From positions 3,287,374 through 3,351,373 of the forward strand of contig MU054220.1 of NCBI GenBank assembly GCA_013239625.1: a stretch of DNA of 64,000 bases, in the 5' to 3' direction. This DNA is from Lama guanicoe. Taxonomy: Eukaryota. Below the pieces are notes generated by a model, which saw only the letters and a list, made by a program, of their open reading frames with translations, searched no databases and had not been told where the DNA came from. The position numbers were made by a program, and so were the translations under genes. Below are positions 1-13,830 of the stretch, in pieces; position 1 is the stretch's first letter, and every line of letters begins with the position of its first letter.

Positions 1-280
1 GTCCATTAGACAATGTCATGACCCATCTTTTTAGCATAACTGCCAGCAGGAAACTTGGAAACCCTCCCTCAGTTTTTGCTTACAGTGGGGAGCCTGCCTT
101 GTGGAAGTTAACTTGCTTCTGGCCCTTTCTAGCCCCTCTCTCACTGAATCATGGGGATTTATCAATGCAAGGGAATCCAGAAGCTGTATCCTTTGTCACT
201 GGAGAAGCTGTAGCACAAAGTAGTGAGGTGACCGACCCAAGTTCCCATTACCAGGAGCAGCAGAGCCTGGATTATGCAGC

Positions 281-324
281 CATCCATCCCTCCATGCATC
301 CTTCCATCCATCCATCCATCCACC
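281..324. repeat. (CATC)n low-complexity microsatellite at the tail of an antisense L2 fragment
   Basis: Imperfect CATC/CCAT repeats followed by L2-like 'gtgccaggtgctatgctaaatcctgggg...'. Confidence 0.75.
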
Positions 325-1434
325 CACATGTACGTTCATGTGACTCAATACACACTTACACGCACCCGCCGGGTGCCAGGTGCTATGCTAAATCCTGGGG
401 TGACAGTGATGGTTAAGATAGCCCCTACCCGTGCTTTCTTAGATCTTACAGTCCTGTAGAAAAGACAGCCATGAGCAAATAAATTGCATTAATAAAATGT
501 TCCCAAATAAAGAAATTAAATGGCCCCAAATGAAAACTGTGAGAGTTGGGAAGGAGACATTCATGGTTCTGGGAGGTGTGGGGAGTTAGAGATTGCTCCA
601 AGATGGACTTAACATAAAGTCCATCTGTGACCCAAAGAAGGCTCCACTGAAAAACAAGAAAACAAAACTGTAATAGAAAAAAAAAAAGACTTCTTTCAAA
701 ATAGCAAAACAATTTGAAAGATAACCTGGGAATAATCCTAGCAAAAGATGGGCCTGATTTTTATGGAGAAATTTGTAAAGCATTACAGAAGAAAATAAAA
801 GAAGTGGGAAGGCTGAGGGGACGATGGGAGATGAGGAGGAGGGAGAGAAGGCAGGCAAGAGCGTGCCAACACCCACACCAGGGGGACTCAGTCTGGACTG
901 AGACAAAAGTCAACGGAAAAAGCAAAGAATGATTCGGATTCTGGGCTCTAGGCCCTTCAGTAAGATTTTCTTTCTGGTAATGGGCTGTACTTTCATGACC
1001 ACTTGTTACAAGCATAGCTAATGCACATGTGAATTTGTAACCATCTTTCTTCCCACTTAACAATAGAGCATGGCTATTTCCCATATCATTAAATAGAGTT
1101 TGATGAAAAATCATAAAAACGGTTCTCTAAGGCAGACAAGCCTGGGTATTTCCTCTGTTTCAGAGACGAGGAGGACCATGAGGGGTGAGGGAAGGAGGTG
1201 CCCAACCATGGGGCATCTATCACATGCTGTCTAATTCTCACATCCACACTGGGATGCAGAACATTTCCCCTCATCTTGCAAAGGAGGGAAAGGGGTTGGG
1301 TCCCAGGGCTGGGACTTGAACCTGGGTCCCCAGAGGTCTTGGCTCTGTGCTGTTTCCCAAGCTGAGGGAAGGGGCACACCATGCCCATCCTCCTTTGTCT
1401 CCCTCAGAGTTCCATCACTGCGCTGGGTGAAAGG

Positions 1435-3700
1435 ACATTCATTTAGTCATTCAACACGCAGGAGATGAGGGCCCACTCTGCCTGGCATTGGGCTAGAACT
1501 TGGGATGCAGCAGGGGATGAAACTAAGGCCCTGCCTTAGTCTCCTAAGATTGAGACAACAAATTACCACAAGCTTGGCAGCTTAAAACAGGAGAAATGTG
1601 TTGTCTTGTGGTTCTGGAGGCCAGCAGTCTGAAATCAAGGTGTTGGCAGGGCCTTGCTCCCTCTGAAGTCTCCAGGGGAAGATCCTTCTTTGCGTTGCCC
1701 AGCTTCCGGTGGCTCTTTGAGTTTCTTGATTTGTGCCAGCATCGCTCCCTCTCTGCCTCCATGTTAAATGGCCTTTCCCCGGTGACTCTCTGCCTCAGAT
1801 ATCTCTCTCTATTCTCTGATGTGGCCCCAGTGATTGGCTTTAGGGTTGTCCCTACATTCAGGCTGACCTCTTCTTGAGACCATTAACTTAATTAAATCTG
1901 CAAAGACTATTTCCAGATAAGGTCAAATCACAGCTACAGGGCATCAGGACAGCGACATACATTTCTTTTTGGGGGACACAATTCAGCCCATCACACTGCC
2001 CTACATTCCAGTGGAGGAAAATGAAGAACTAATAAATAAATAGCACTTTAGATGGCAGGAAGTGCTGTGCCAAAGAGGGGAGAAAAGTAGGGAAGGAAGA
2101 CAGAATATGTGGGGGCAGGTGTAGCAGTTCTAAATGGATGGGCTTGCTGGGAAGGTAACATCTGAAGAAAGATGTGAAGGCGGTGACAGAAAAAGCCATG
2201 CAGGTATCTGCAGAGAAAGTGTTCCAGGGAGAGAGATTAGCAAATTTTAAAAGCCTAAGGAGTGAACAGACCTGGAAAGAATCAAGCATGGAGGAGAGAA
2301 GGAGGGAGGAAATTCAGGCCGTGGTGGGGCCAGCATCAGGGAGGGTCTGTGGATCATGGCTACTCCGAGCGATGGGGCCAGAGCAGGGTTTTGAGAAGAG
2401 GTTGATATAACTGGTATGGAGACCAGTGAGGAGGCAACTATAAAAATCTAGGTGAGAGATGCTGGCTTGGACCAAGGTGGGGAGGGGGTTGATTGGGGAG
2501 GTGGTTCTGGATACATTTTGGAGGTAAGGTCAACAGAATGTCCTGATGGATGTGGAATATGAGGAGAAAAAAAGAGAGGAGTCCAGATACCAGAAAGGTG
2601 TTTTCATCTGAGAAAGTCAAGGATGGAGATGCCATTAACTGAGTTGGAGAAGGGCTGTGGGTGGAGCAGAATTATAGGAAAGATTAAGACCTGAGTTTTG
2701 GGTATGTTGAGTGCAAGAGGTCAAGTAAGAAGAGATGCTGGTTGGGCAGCTGGATATTTGATTCTGGGGTTTGGGGCGAGGTCTGGTCTGAGATAAAATG
2801 GTAGGCGTTGTCAGCCCAGAGACAGTTTCAAATTATGAGGGGGGTGAATGTCAATAGAGAAGAGGCCCAAGGAACGAATTTCATGTGGAACACCTCAATG
2901 TTAAGAGACCGGAGAGGGAAACCAACAAAGGAGGTGGAAGCCGTGACCAATGAGGTGGGAATTAAGCCAGGGAAGTGTGGCACCTTGGAAACCACATGAA
3001 AAACGATTTAAAGAGGAGGTGGTGCTCAATTATGTCAAACGCTGCTGAGGGGTCAAGGGAGATGAGTGCAGAGGAGAGACTCTTGGGGTCTCAGAGGTCT
3101 TTGGTGTCTTTGCTGAGAGCAGTTTCACTTGGAGGGTTAGGAATGGAAGCTGATTGGAGCTGATTAAAAGGAGTAGAGGAGAGAAACTGGAGACAGCCCA
3201 CAGAGACAGCTTTCATAGTGTTTTGATGCAAAAGGGAAGAGAAATGGAACAGTACCAGAGAAGAGAGCGGGGTCCAGAGATACTTTATAACTTTCTGGGA
3301 ATGGAGAGGTAACAGTGTGTTTGTATGCTGATGGAGATGATCCAGCAGAGAGTGCAAATTGGTGACGGAGGATAAAGCAGAAAATCTTCGGACAATGTGC
3401 TCAAGGGAACCAGAGTGGCTGGGATCCGGAGCACAGAGAGGGGTGGCCTTAGACTCAGGGACAGTCCATGTTGGTAACAAGGGAAAAGGCAGAGGACTCG
3501 GGCACACATGCTGGAAAGTGGGTACATGGGAGGCAGGAGCTTGTAGAAGGTCTCTTTCGATTGCTTCTATTTTCCAAGTGAACCAAAGTAAGATCTTCAG
3601 CTGAGGGTGGGGATGGAGGAGGAAATGCTGAGGGTATGAGGCAAAAGGAAATGACAGGTCTAGGAGAGGGCGCGTAACTGTTGGGGAAAAAGATCACCTG
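1435..3700 (-). mobile_element. LINE-2 (L2) long fragment, interrupted by an MLT1 LTR
   Basis: 'cattcatttagtcattcaaca' L2 tail, then purine-rich antisense L2 motifs (ggaaggtaacatctgaag, gatggagatgccattaactgag, tcaaacgctgctgaggggtcaag); boundaries approximate. Confidence 0.75.
1545..1995 (-). mobile_element. MLT1-family MaLR solo LTR
   Basis: Diagnostic 'acaaattaccacaagcttggcagcttaaaaca...ttctggaggccagcagtctgaaatcaaggtgttggcagggcc' ending 'ggggacacaattcagcccatcaca'. Confidence 0.85.
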
Positions 3701-4544
3701 ATTGCAGGTAGCATAAAAGGCTCGCTTGAGAGTTGTTTTCTATGTGATGGTTGGAAGGATAAGTGAATGAATTAATGATTTTTGAGATCCATGAGGGCAG
3801 GAAACCCTCTCTTTTGGTCACCACTATGTATGTTCCTAGCCCCTAGCACAGAGCCTGGTACGTAGTACACATTTCTTGATGACTGAATGAGCGAATAAGC
3901 ATGTGGCTAGTGGAAGGAAGGGGTAGTTCTGGCTGAGAGTGTTTTTCTTTTGACCACCATGATCGCCTTGCAGAAGATGGAGTGCAACCCTGAGCAGCTG
4001 TAAGGCCTGTAGCACTAGCCATCTTGCAGGAAGTTAATCAACTCTGGGGTGTTTCTCCTTTCTGTTCTCAACAGTGGAGAGCGAGCCTTTGTTCCTGACA
4101 ACCTCAATTAGCGCCCGCTTCTCCTGAGCTCCCCCACCGTGACGAGAAGGCTGGTGCTGTGGTAGCCAGCATGTCTGGGGACAAGTGAGATAGCCTGGCT
4201 TCCCCTGAGGCTGACCCACCCTCTCAGACCCAGTAGGCACCCTCTGTGCTGGGTGTGCCCAGGGACAATGGCAAGAGGGTGCCGACCCTCCCTCCCAATC
4301 CACCCCACTGATCAGTGGTCTGGACGGCGAGGGGCTGCCCGGGCTCGCTGCAAAGCCCAGGCTCCCGGCCCCGCCCCCAGCCCCTGCCACAGTCTTCTGA
4401 CTCCTAAAGAAGACCCTCTCTTGGGCTATTCCTCCAAGTCAACCAGGTCCCCCCTGAGCCTCTGCTTCTTCGCATCTTGGGCAGCTCTTCCTATCCTGTC
4501 CGGACAGGGAGCCTTTGACCAAACACACCAGGGCTAAACCCCGG

Positions 4545-4650
4545 GAAGTGTCTGGGATGGGGGTGGAGGTGGGGGTGGGGGCTCCAGCATCCATAGTTTA
4601 AAAAGTTCCCCAGATGATTTTGAAACACTGCTAAGGTTAAGAACCACTTC
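4545..4650. mobile_element. MER5-like hAT-Charlie fragment
   Basis: 'aaaagttccccagatgattttgaaacactgctaaggttaagaaccact' resembles the MER5A end. Confidence 0.6.
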
Positions 4651-4749
4651 ATCATTTATAAAACCAGACTAATCATACCTTTCTCATTAGAAGGAATAAA
4701 AAGGAAAGCAGTGTGGATGCTCTTTACCTCGCAGGCATAATGCGCCCAG

Positions 4750-4920
4750 AATGTTAGTTACACCTTCTTTAACTTCCATAGCAGTCCTATGAGGTAAGTA
4801 TCACTAGCCCCATTTTAGAGATGAGGAAGCAGGCTCAAAGAGGTGAGTGAATTTGTCCTTGGGCACTACACTGCTAAGTGGCAGAGCAAAGGTTTGAACC
4901 CAGATCCATGTGCCTCTAAG
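4750..4920 (-). mobile_element. MIR SINE
   Basis: Core 'cccattttagagatgaggaagcaggctcaaagaggtgagtgaatttg...ggtttgaacccag'. Confidence 0.8.
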
Positions 4921-7849
4921 GTAGCTTTCCATCTGTACCTGGCACGTGGTGGGCCTTTGTTCACAGGGGCTGTTTTATCTCTCTTCTATCAAGTATGCAG
5001 ATAAAGATAGTCCCAGGGAGAAAGGGGGAAGTGGGTTTTTTATTGGGCTACAGACATGGTCATATGGAGGTTAGAGAGATGATGTAGTCCATCCCACCTG
5101 GAAGGTGTCAGGAGGGCTGTGTGAAGGAGGGGAGGGGGGCATTTGAATTGGCAGTTTAGGGGCCACTGAAATCTTGGAAGAAGAAAGGGATGTGATCAGA
5201 GCAGGAAGAATCAATGTCAGGGAGGGAATCAACTAGGGAGACCAGTTGGGAGCCTATCCTACTGCACTGACTGGCTACTGCAATAGTCTGGGCAGGGAGG
5301 AGGGGACAGGCAGGAGTCAAGCTGCAAACCAGCCAGCAAAAGGCATACAGGGCAGGCCCCTGTGCCCAGCTGCCTTTCTGCTGGAAAGCCAAGCTGTTTT
5401 CACAAGGCAGCTGGAAGCGCACTTGGGCAATCTCATCTCCAAACGACTGCATTTCATTATCATTTAAGTCTTTCTTGGGTTTCATCAAAGTATACGAGTG
5501 TCTTGAAAAAGAGAAGTGTCTCTTCTCTCAGGTGAGGGGAAAACACGCCAGAGCTTTCTCTTCTAATATAAACTAGACAAGAAGATGCAGCTGAACTTGG
5601 CAGAGCCTGCCGGAGAACGCTAATAGACTGGACGAGAAGAGAATTATAGGAAGAGACAGCTCCAGAGGGTGGTGGGGTAGGGAGGGAAAGAGACCCCAGG
5701 ACTGTTGGCCCCAAGGAGGCTCACAGCGAGCTGGGATCAGTGTCAGGAGCAGAAGCAGCCCCAGAGTCTGGAAGGGCTCAGCTTCTCACCCGGCTAGAAG
5801 ACTTTCTTCCTGGAATGTAGAGAGATGAGACCCCTCGCTCCCTAGCAAACTTCTTGGTGGGTTTCCAGTGATCCCATTAATTGTGGAGGCTCAGGGACTA
5901 GAACGGAATCCACGGCGTTTCCTGCATGGAAGCTTATTCATTGTGGGAGGATGGAAGCGACCTAAAAACATTAAGCCAGGAAAAAACAAACCAACCAACC
6001 CACACAGGTTTGACATGCCCGCCAGAGACCGGGAAGGGGTTGGGGTCTATTGTGTGTATATATATGTGTGCATATATATATATGCTGTAAAATACTATCT
6101 CAGGTAGGGAGATGTCCCACGGAACATTTGGCTTATATGTTGGTGCTTTGCTTTTATAAAATCAGATTATTTTCCTTCTGCCTTTAATAAAAACCAGCAC
6201 TGGTCTCTGACACACAGGCTCCCAGCAGCCTGAGCTGGTGACAGAGGCCGAGAATTCAGCAGTGCCACAGGCTGGAACTGTTCTGAAATAGGAAATCGAA
6301 GACTGGGAGAAAAAGGAGGGGGAGGGAGGGGGAAGGGAAGGCAGAGCAGGAAATAAATGCAGAGTTGATGCAGCTAGGACTTTAAGGAGGCTGGCTCCTG
6401 GGTGCCCCAGAAATGCTGCTCAGACCCAGGGGTGAGGGAAGCAGGGTCTCGGCTCCCTGCTGGGAACCCATGAGTCCCTTGCCAGCCAGCCCTCACGCCT
6501 CATGCTCACCCCAGCTCATGTCAGAGGCTCCTGAGTCTTAAGTAGATGCCCTGTTGCGCGCTACTGAGGGAGAGGCTGTCACCTCCACCAGGAGGGCGCC
6601 GTCACTCACGGTTGATGGGGTGGCTGCAAGGCTGTGGGGCTGGGGGGCAGGGGCTGGGAGGCAGGGCTGGGGTGGGGTGAGAGGCTCAGGGGAGGCTGGA
6701 GGTGGCTGCTAAGAGAGGTGTTCCCTGTTCTGTCTTGCCTCGCTCTCTCTCCCTCTCTCTGCCTTACTTTGTCTCCCTTTTCTGTCTTCCTTTGAGTCTC
6801 TGGCTCGCTTTATCTCATTGTCTCTCTCATTCTTTGTCTCCTTCCCTCTTTCTCTGTCTGAATCTCTTTTAGTTTCAGAAGAAAAATGGCTGAACTTGTT
6901 AAACCAGAGATCAAACACCCCAATGGGCTGGCTGTGTAAGAAGGGAGACTGGCTTTAACCTCTGGGCTCTCCCTCTGCTGTGCGCGGTGGGTTCTCAGTG
7001 CAGAGGGCGGGCAGGGAGGGGGTGGAGGTGGCTGAAAATAATCATTGCAAACCATGTCATCTTCTGGGCCTGGTAACATGGGCTGGAGGGGTGAGAAGCG
7101 CAGGGAAGCCTAAGAAGGGCCAGACACTGGCTCCAACCAAGGCTGCACAATCAGGGAGGCCCCCACCCCGCAGGAGGAAGTAGCCTATGAAAGGCAGCGA
7201 TGCCCCGGCGAAGTCAGGAGGCTCGAAGCTGCGGCCCCACAACCAGCCGGGTCCATCTGCCTTTGCATGAAGAGAAATAAGGCATTTATAGGGGTGAAGG
7301 ACAAGGATAGAAGGTTCCAGAACCAGGGGCATTAGGAATATTATTTCACTAATCCTTCAAACAGCCCTGTGAGGGGTATTCTCCTCGTCTGACAGATCAG
7401 TGAGGCTCGGGCCACGGAGCATGTCCAGTGCACCCGGCTGGGAGGAGCAGGGCTGGCGCGCTGGCCTGGGCTTTTCCTGGTAGGATTTATTCCTGTAACA
7501 GACGGAAACTCTGCCCGTCGTAGGTTCAGAGTAAAGGCGATCAGGTGAGGATGAGCCCAGAGGAGGGGACGGTGGTGGCAGGCAGGGGAAGGGGGAAAGA
7601 TGCCATAGACACTTGCATCAAGAGACCTGCCCTCCGGACTTCGCCTTTTAGAGGCCGGAAGGGAATGCGGCTCACTGTGCTCGTGTCCATTTTGAGAGAT
7701 GGATCCGTTCTGTTGCTCCGAGGAAAGCGAAGAGGGAGGGGGGAAGAGGCAGCAGAGGGAAACACAGTCTTTTGCACTTGCTCCTGACCCTCCTCCCGCC
7801 CTGGAATGCAGGCCTGTGGGCAACCGGGAAAGACAGAAGAGAGCTTTTA

Positions 7850-8010
7850 CTGAGCTCACCGTGTGCCTGTGCTAGGTGTGGTCACAGAGGTGCTCTTCTC
7901 ACCATTGTAACACGTGATCTTATTTTACAGAGAAGTGAACTAAGGCACAGAGAGGTTAAGCAATTTGCTCAAAGTCACACAGCTAGTAAGTGGCAGAGCC
8001 AGAGACTTCA
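7850..8010 (-). mobile_element. MIR SINE
   Basis: 'attttacagagaagtgaactaaggcacagagaggttaagcaatttgctcaaagtcacacagctagtaagtggcagagcc'. Confidence 0.85.
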
Positions 8011-9399
8011 CTCACCCTTCTTCTATTGTCCATGGTCCCAGGCTCTGTCTCTCTGTCTATTTCTCTCCTTTCCCATCTCCAAGCATGGAGCTGAGGGTGA
8101 GTGGTCAAAGCAAGGGGACACATCAATCCATCTACTTGCCCCCAAGGCTGGTTGGATGCATCAGAGGCTGAGCCAGGCCTGCTGGGGCAGCGCCTGCCCC
8201 TGGGAGAGGAGGAGACAAATGACAGAGTGGGCCCCCAGGCAACCCCAGCCACCTTCTTCCCAGCACCATGTGCAGTCTGATGAAGTGTAATTTGTAATAG
8301 CAGTGGGCCTGTCTCGGCCCCTCCTTTGCCGGCTGGAGGAGCGGATGGCATCAGGCATCTCCTTCAAGGAGCATGAGGAGGCTAAGCATGGCTTTGGCCG
8401 TGGCAGGTGGGGCGGCTGAGCTTGGGAGCAGGCTGTGGTAGGTGGGATCTCAGGGAGTCTGAGAGCTGTGCACCTTCAGCCCCTGGGCTAGGCTGCAGGA
8501 TGTGCTTTGGATCCCCAAGCATCTGGGCTAGAGATGGAAGGTGGGGGCTTCCACAAAGCCACCGGACAGGCTCTGGGAGGGAGAGGATGCCATTCTTGTG
8601 AGGTGGGGGGGTGCAGAGGGCCAGACGAGGGGCTGGCTCCAGACAGGTCCGCAGGGTACACTTCTTGCACCACCATGTGAGCTGACCCTGAGCTATTCAT
8701 GTAACATATCAGCACCCACCACCTGGCTCTAAGATGACACCGACACGTAGCACTAACATGTGGCTGTTGTACCACTAGCATCCACTGCCAGCCGGAACAT
8801 CGCACCCAAATCTGACACACTTGCAAGACTGAAACTCAAAAATGTGCTCCTGACCTTCAACACTGTTTATTTATCCCACAAGTGATAAGTGGTTTTTCCC
8901 TACATTAAACAAGTTTTGAAACCAATTTTTCAAACTCAGAAGATTCACATCCAAATCGTAAGGTCTGGCTCTCCTAGGTGCCTGTTCCCACAGGGCTTCA
9001 TGGGCTGGTGCTGAGCAGGGCACCCCCTCCACGCTGGGCAGGGCTCTCCCAGCTGACCAGGAACTCTGCCTGCTTCTCATTCCCACTGCCTGCTTGGCCC
9101 TGCAAACCCCGGGGTTTGGGACAAAGGTCTGGCACCTGCCTGTGGTGGTCCCCATATCACAATCCTTCTGGATGTGGCAGTGAAGGGAGAAGGTTTCTGG
9201 AAGAGGGGAAGGATGGATATAAGAGGAGAACAAGGAAGGGAGGAGGGACTATGTCTTTAAGAAACATATCTGGAATCAGTTGGAGCTGTAACTGATGGTG
9301 TGTAAGGAAAGCTGGATGACTGGGCAGAGCTTGCAAAAGCATGATACTGTTTCAGCAAGCGCTGTCAACAGATGAGGGAGAACAGAATTTGTTAAAGAC

Positions 9400-9820
9400 T
9401 CAGGCCTATAAAGAATGGAAACGACCTGCACATCCATCACTAGAGGGGACTGGTTAAATAAATTAAGGGGCTCTCTATAACAGACGGTGGAACCAGATCT
9501 AAGAACAAGGAAACTCGCTATGGATGGATAAGGAACTGTCTCCAAGACGTACTGTGACAAAGTAAGGCAGAGGCAGTGGGCACTGCACGTGGCTATTTGT
9601 ATCAGAGAGAGGGAAATGTACAAATAGAAATCTACAAATACAAAATGTAAATATATTCTCTTCTGGACTATAAATAAACTATCTCTTAGAAGCACACAAG
9701 AAACTGAAAATGTTTGTTGCCTCCAAGAAGGATAACAAGAGGAGGAAGAGACTTTTCACTCTATATCCTTCTGTGCCTTTTGGGTTTTCAACCATGACAA
9801 TGAATTATTAAACAATTAAT
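9400..9820 (+). mobile_element. Ancient L1 (L1M-type) 3' fragment
   Basis: 'acatccatcactagaggggactggttaaataaatta' and L1ME/MC-like 3'UTR motifs. Confidence 0.6.
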
Positions 9821-12800
9821 AATTACCATTAAAGAATATATTCTGGCTTAAAGATTAACCAGCTGTCACTAAAATGTGTAGATCTGAAGAGCTGCTGTCA
9901 GGGAGGACTTCGGCCACTCTGACGAGGCCCCACTCACTCACTATGTCCCCTCCCCCTCCCCCATATCACCCCCATCCCCAGTGGGCAGGACTATTGGGCT
10001 GTGGTACCAGCTGCAGATTTCTGCAGTTTTGATTGTCGCTATTAAAATTGATTTTTTTTTCTTGAAATCACCTAATATGCAGAAAATATACGATCAGTGT
10101 CACAGCAGCCAATAGCCTGAATCAACCCACTCCGAGGTCAGAATTCCAAGCCAAAAAGTTTCCACTGAGAACAGTTTCACGTGTCACCCGTGGGTGAGGC
10201 AGTCCTCCTTATGCCCTTGGGGGCCAAAAGCCTGGTGAACCTGGGAAGGAGCCAGCCACCGCTGGGGTGGGACAGCCAGAAGGAGCCCCCTGAATTAGGT
10301 GGTCCCTAATGGATCAGTAATGGGCCCCTGTGCCCAAACCAGAACAGGGCAAAAGCACAAGTTGGGAGAGAGGAACGTGGGCCAGGATTTGCAGGACCCA
10401 GTGCAGAATGAAAAGGAAAGGCCTCTGCTCAAGAATGAGTAGATTTCAAAATGGCAAGAGCAGAGCACGTAGGCAAGCACAGGGCCCTTCTATGCACACG
10501 GCCCCCTGTGACGACACAAGTCCCACACCCAAGAAGCAGGTCCTGCAACCACCCTTCAGGGCAGGCAACCCAGGCGAGGCTCAAATGAGGTTCAGAAAGA
10601 TACCTAAGGTCGCAGGCAACTTAGTGGATGCACTAGGATGTGAACCCTGGTAAAGCCCATGTTTCTTACACGACACTGCTCTCTAACAATAGTAATCAAC
10701 GTCCTGGGCGCTCCCTCCTTGCAGGGCCCCATTCTAAGTGTTATCCATGTATTCATTTGATGCACAAACCACCTGCCATGTACTATCAGTATCTCTATAT
10801 TACAGAAACTTTTCCAAGGACACACAGCTTGTGAATGGCAGAACGAGGATTCAGACCCAGGCGGTCTGATCTCCAGAGCCTACTCTTACCACCACACACT
10901 CCTGGGAGAGGTGGTTCAGGGGTTCAAAGGGCTGAAATCAACTCAGCCATCCAGAGCGGGTGGGTCAGACTTGGGAGCAGAGAAGGAAAAAACAGAGAAG
11001 GCTTTACCGTGACTGGTTTCTAGATTTGTGTGGGATAGCGCGGGAAGCTCTGCATCATGGCCATAGGCCCATTGTGCGGGTCCTATACACCCTGACTGTT
11101 ACAGGAAAATGGGTGGGCAGCCACGTCTTCACTGATGGCCTTGGGCTGATGGGACAGCAGTTTGCAAAGAGGAGGGAAAAAACAACGGAAAATACTGAGA
11201 GAAGCTGGAATGTTTACTCCTTGCTCCAGTTTTCTCCCGTGAAGACAGGCAGTGACTAACACTATGGAAAAAAGTCCCCACCCCTCCCACAAATGGCAGC
11301 CCCATGCAATGGGCACACGAGCCCGCCCAGCCCACAGCTGCCTGCGTGTCCTTGCAGGGCAAAGGGACAGTGAAGGGGGGTGAGGAGGAGGGGGTGGCCT
11401 CTGGCAGGTTAGGGCAGGAAACAGGTATTTTGTGCCTGTGGCTAATGGGGAAGATGGTGTCTTCGTCGAAGTCACGGCAGACCCAAGAAGCAAGAATTAG
11501 ACTGACTTCATCTCCTCGCTCCTTCTCATCTCAGTACTGTGGGAGCCCTGTGCTGTTTACCGTGTGATTCGTTGTATTCTCACCCAAAGCTTAAGGGATA
11601 ACTATGTTAGTATTTCCATTCTATCAGTGTGGAAGCTGATGCCCTTGGAACATTAAGTAAACTGTTCAAGAACACGAAGACGACAGGGGCCAGAGCTGAG
11701 ATCCCATGACAGGTCTGTCTGATTCCAACCTGTGAGTGGGTAACCACTATGTTATTCAACCACACTAGGTAACCTGGCAAGTTCCCACGTGTGCATCTGA
11801 ACATGAGGACTGAGGAGCTGTACCACGCAGGATTGTGGGAACACTCAAATAAGACACTGTATGGAGAGCTCTTTGCACAGCAGCTGGTATGTAGTAAGTG
11901 TTTGAGACATGAGCTGCGTAAAAAAGACTGCTTGGCTTCAGGCCTGTCAAACCTCCCCTACCGAGTGTGAATTTCATCTCAGACACTGGAGTTTGGACCC
12001 TAAGCTTCAGCACACTGATGGATGTCAATGAAATGAAAATCAAGCTGTCCCCTGATAAACAGGAAACCAGGTATCTCTGACCACCTCTCTTCTTCTGGAG
12101 ATCAAGGGATGGGCTGTCTCTGAAGACACTCCAAAGCTCACATCTGACTGATTTATTGGCCACCACCAGTTCTCCCAAACAATCGATGGCATCTCCAAGC
12201 ACTTAACCACGACAGGGGTGCTTTCAGGGCACCAATTCTGGGCCCCTCCTTTCCTCTCTGGGCTCTTTCAGGAGCCAAGTGTTCACAGGTCTTGGTCCAA
12301 CCTGCTCTGAAGATACAGTGCAATATCCTCTTGCTCAGGACTCAGCGACTGAGATCCACTCCAACTGAGATAGCACCACCAGAAGCATCCACGTGACAAG
12401 GGAAACTCTGACAATCACAGGAGTAGATGGAGCTTGGCGTAGTGTGATGAGGTGCAGAGGGGCAACATGCTAATGACATGCAAACACCTAGAAGTAACAT
12501 GCAACTAAACCAGGTGGGCGGAAAGAAACCAGCAGCGCAGCCCCGGGACCCTCGGAGTCTGGAAGCAGTGGGATCTGGGGTGAAGGTGAGCATCTGCCCT
12601 GTGTCCAGCAGGCACCCCCACTACACAGGAGCTGCATGTCCAGACAGGCTGGTATTTCCAAAGATGCTGCAGATCTTGGCTTTGAATGTGACCTTCCTGA
12701 TTTCTGATTCAATTCGCTGTACTACCACTACACTTAACAAAAGGTTTTAACAAAAGGTTGAGGTTTTCTGGCTCATGGGCTTCTTGCTTATAGAACATCT

Positions 12801-12859
12801 TATGTAAGTAGGTTCCCAACCTTCTCTGGGGTCATGGACCCTTCAAATACGATGAATAA

Positions 12860-13830
12860 ATTCCAAGGAAAAGTCACGGTGGGAGAAGACATTTGCAACT
12901 CATATAACTGCAAAGGATTGATGTCTAGACTCTATTAAGACAAAAACAAATAAGAAGTCCTATATGAATCAATCATAAGAAACATACAACTCAATAGAAA
13001 AATGGGTACTAGGTCTGAACTATGCTTTACAGAAAGGAGACCCCAATGGACAAGAAACATACAAAAAATGCTCACTCTTCCTAATCATCAAGGAAATGCA
13101 AATTAAATAACATTAGCAACACACACACAGAGACACACACAAGACTGGCAGAAATCAAAATGCCCGACATATGGACAAACAGTGAGATGTGGAGGAACTG
13201 GAACTCTCATCCACTGCTGATGGGAATGTAAACTAGAAAACAGCCTGGCACTGCCTGTTAAAGCTGGATATCCATGTATCTCGTGACCCGTTTCCTTAGA
13301 CAAACTCCTGCACCTATAAGAAATGTCCACAGAACACTGTTCATAGAAGTCAAATCCTGGAACTGTCCCTCATTTCCAGAAGCCGATGAGCCATGGCTGA
13401 GTCACATAGTACAAGACAATAGAACAGAGAAAAGGATCGAACCTCAGGTTCATTCGTGACAGGGATGGATCTCAAAAACAATGTAACGTGGCACTCGAGA
13501 AGCAAGTCCAAATGTTCACAGTATAAATCCATTTAAAGTTCAAAAACAGGCCCAAGTCAAACAAGATGTTGTTTAGGAATAGGTTTAAAGGTGGGAAAAC
13601 TACAGAGAAAGCAAGGGAATGGTAATTAAAAAAAAATTCAGGAGAGTAGTTACCTTTGGGGGAAGGAGGGAGATGCCATCAAGGAGGGGCTGGTGGGGGC
13701 ATCTAAGATGCTGACAGCATCTTATTTCTCAATGGGGAGGATTGGTGCCCAACAGTTGTTCCATTATTCTTTACGAAATACACTTTGTATACTCTTCTTT
13801 ATGTATATTTCATCACAAAGTAAACATAAA
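12860..13830 (+). mobile_element. Ancient L1 (L1M-type) ORF2 end and 3'UTR
   Basis: 'gggagaagacatttgcaac', 'ctaatcatcaaggaaatgcaaattaaa', 'ggaactctcatccactgctgatgggaatgtaaac', 'gatggatctcaaaaaca'. Confidence 0.8.
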
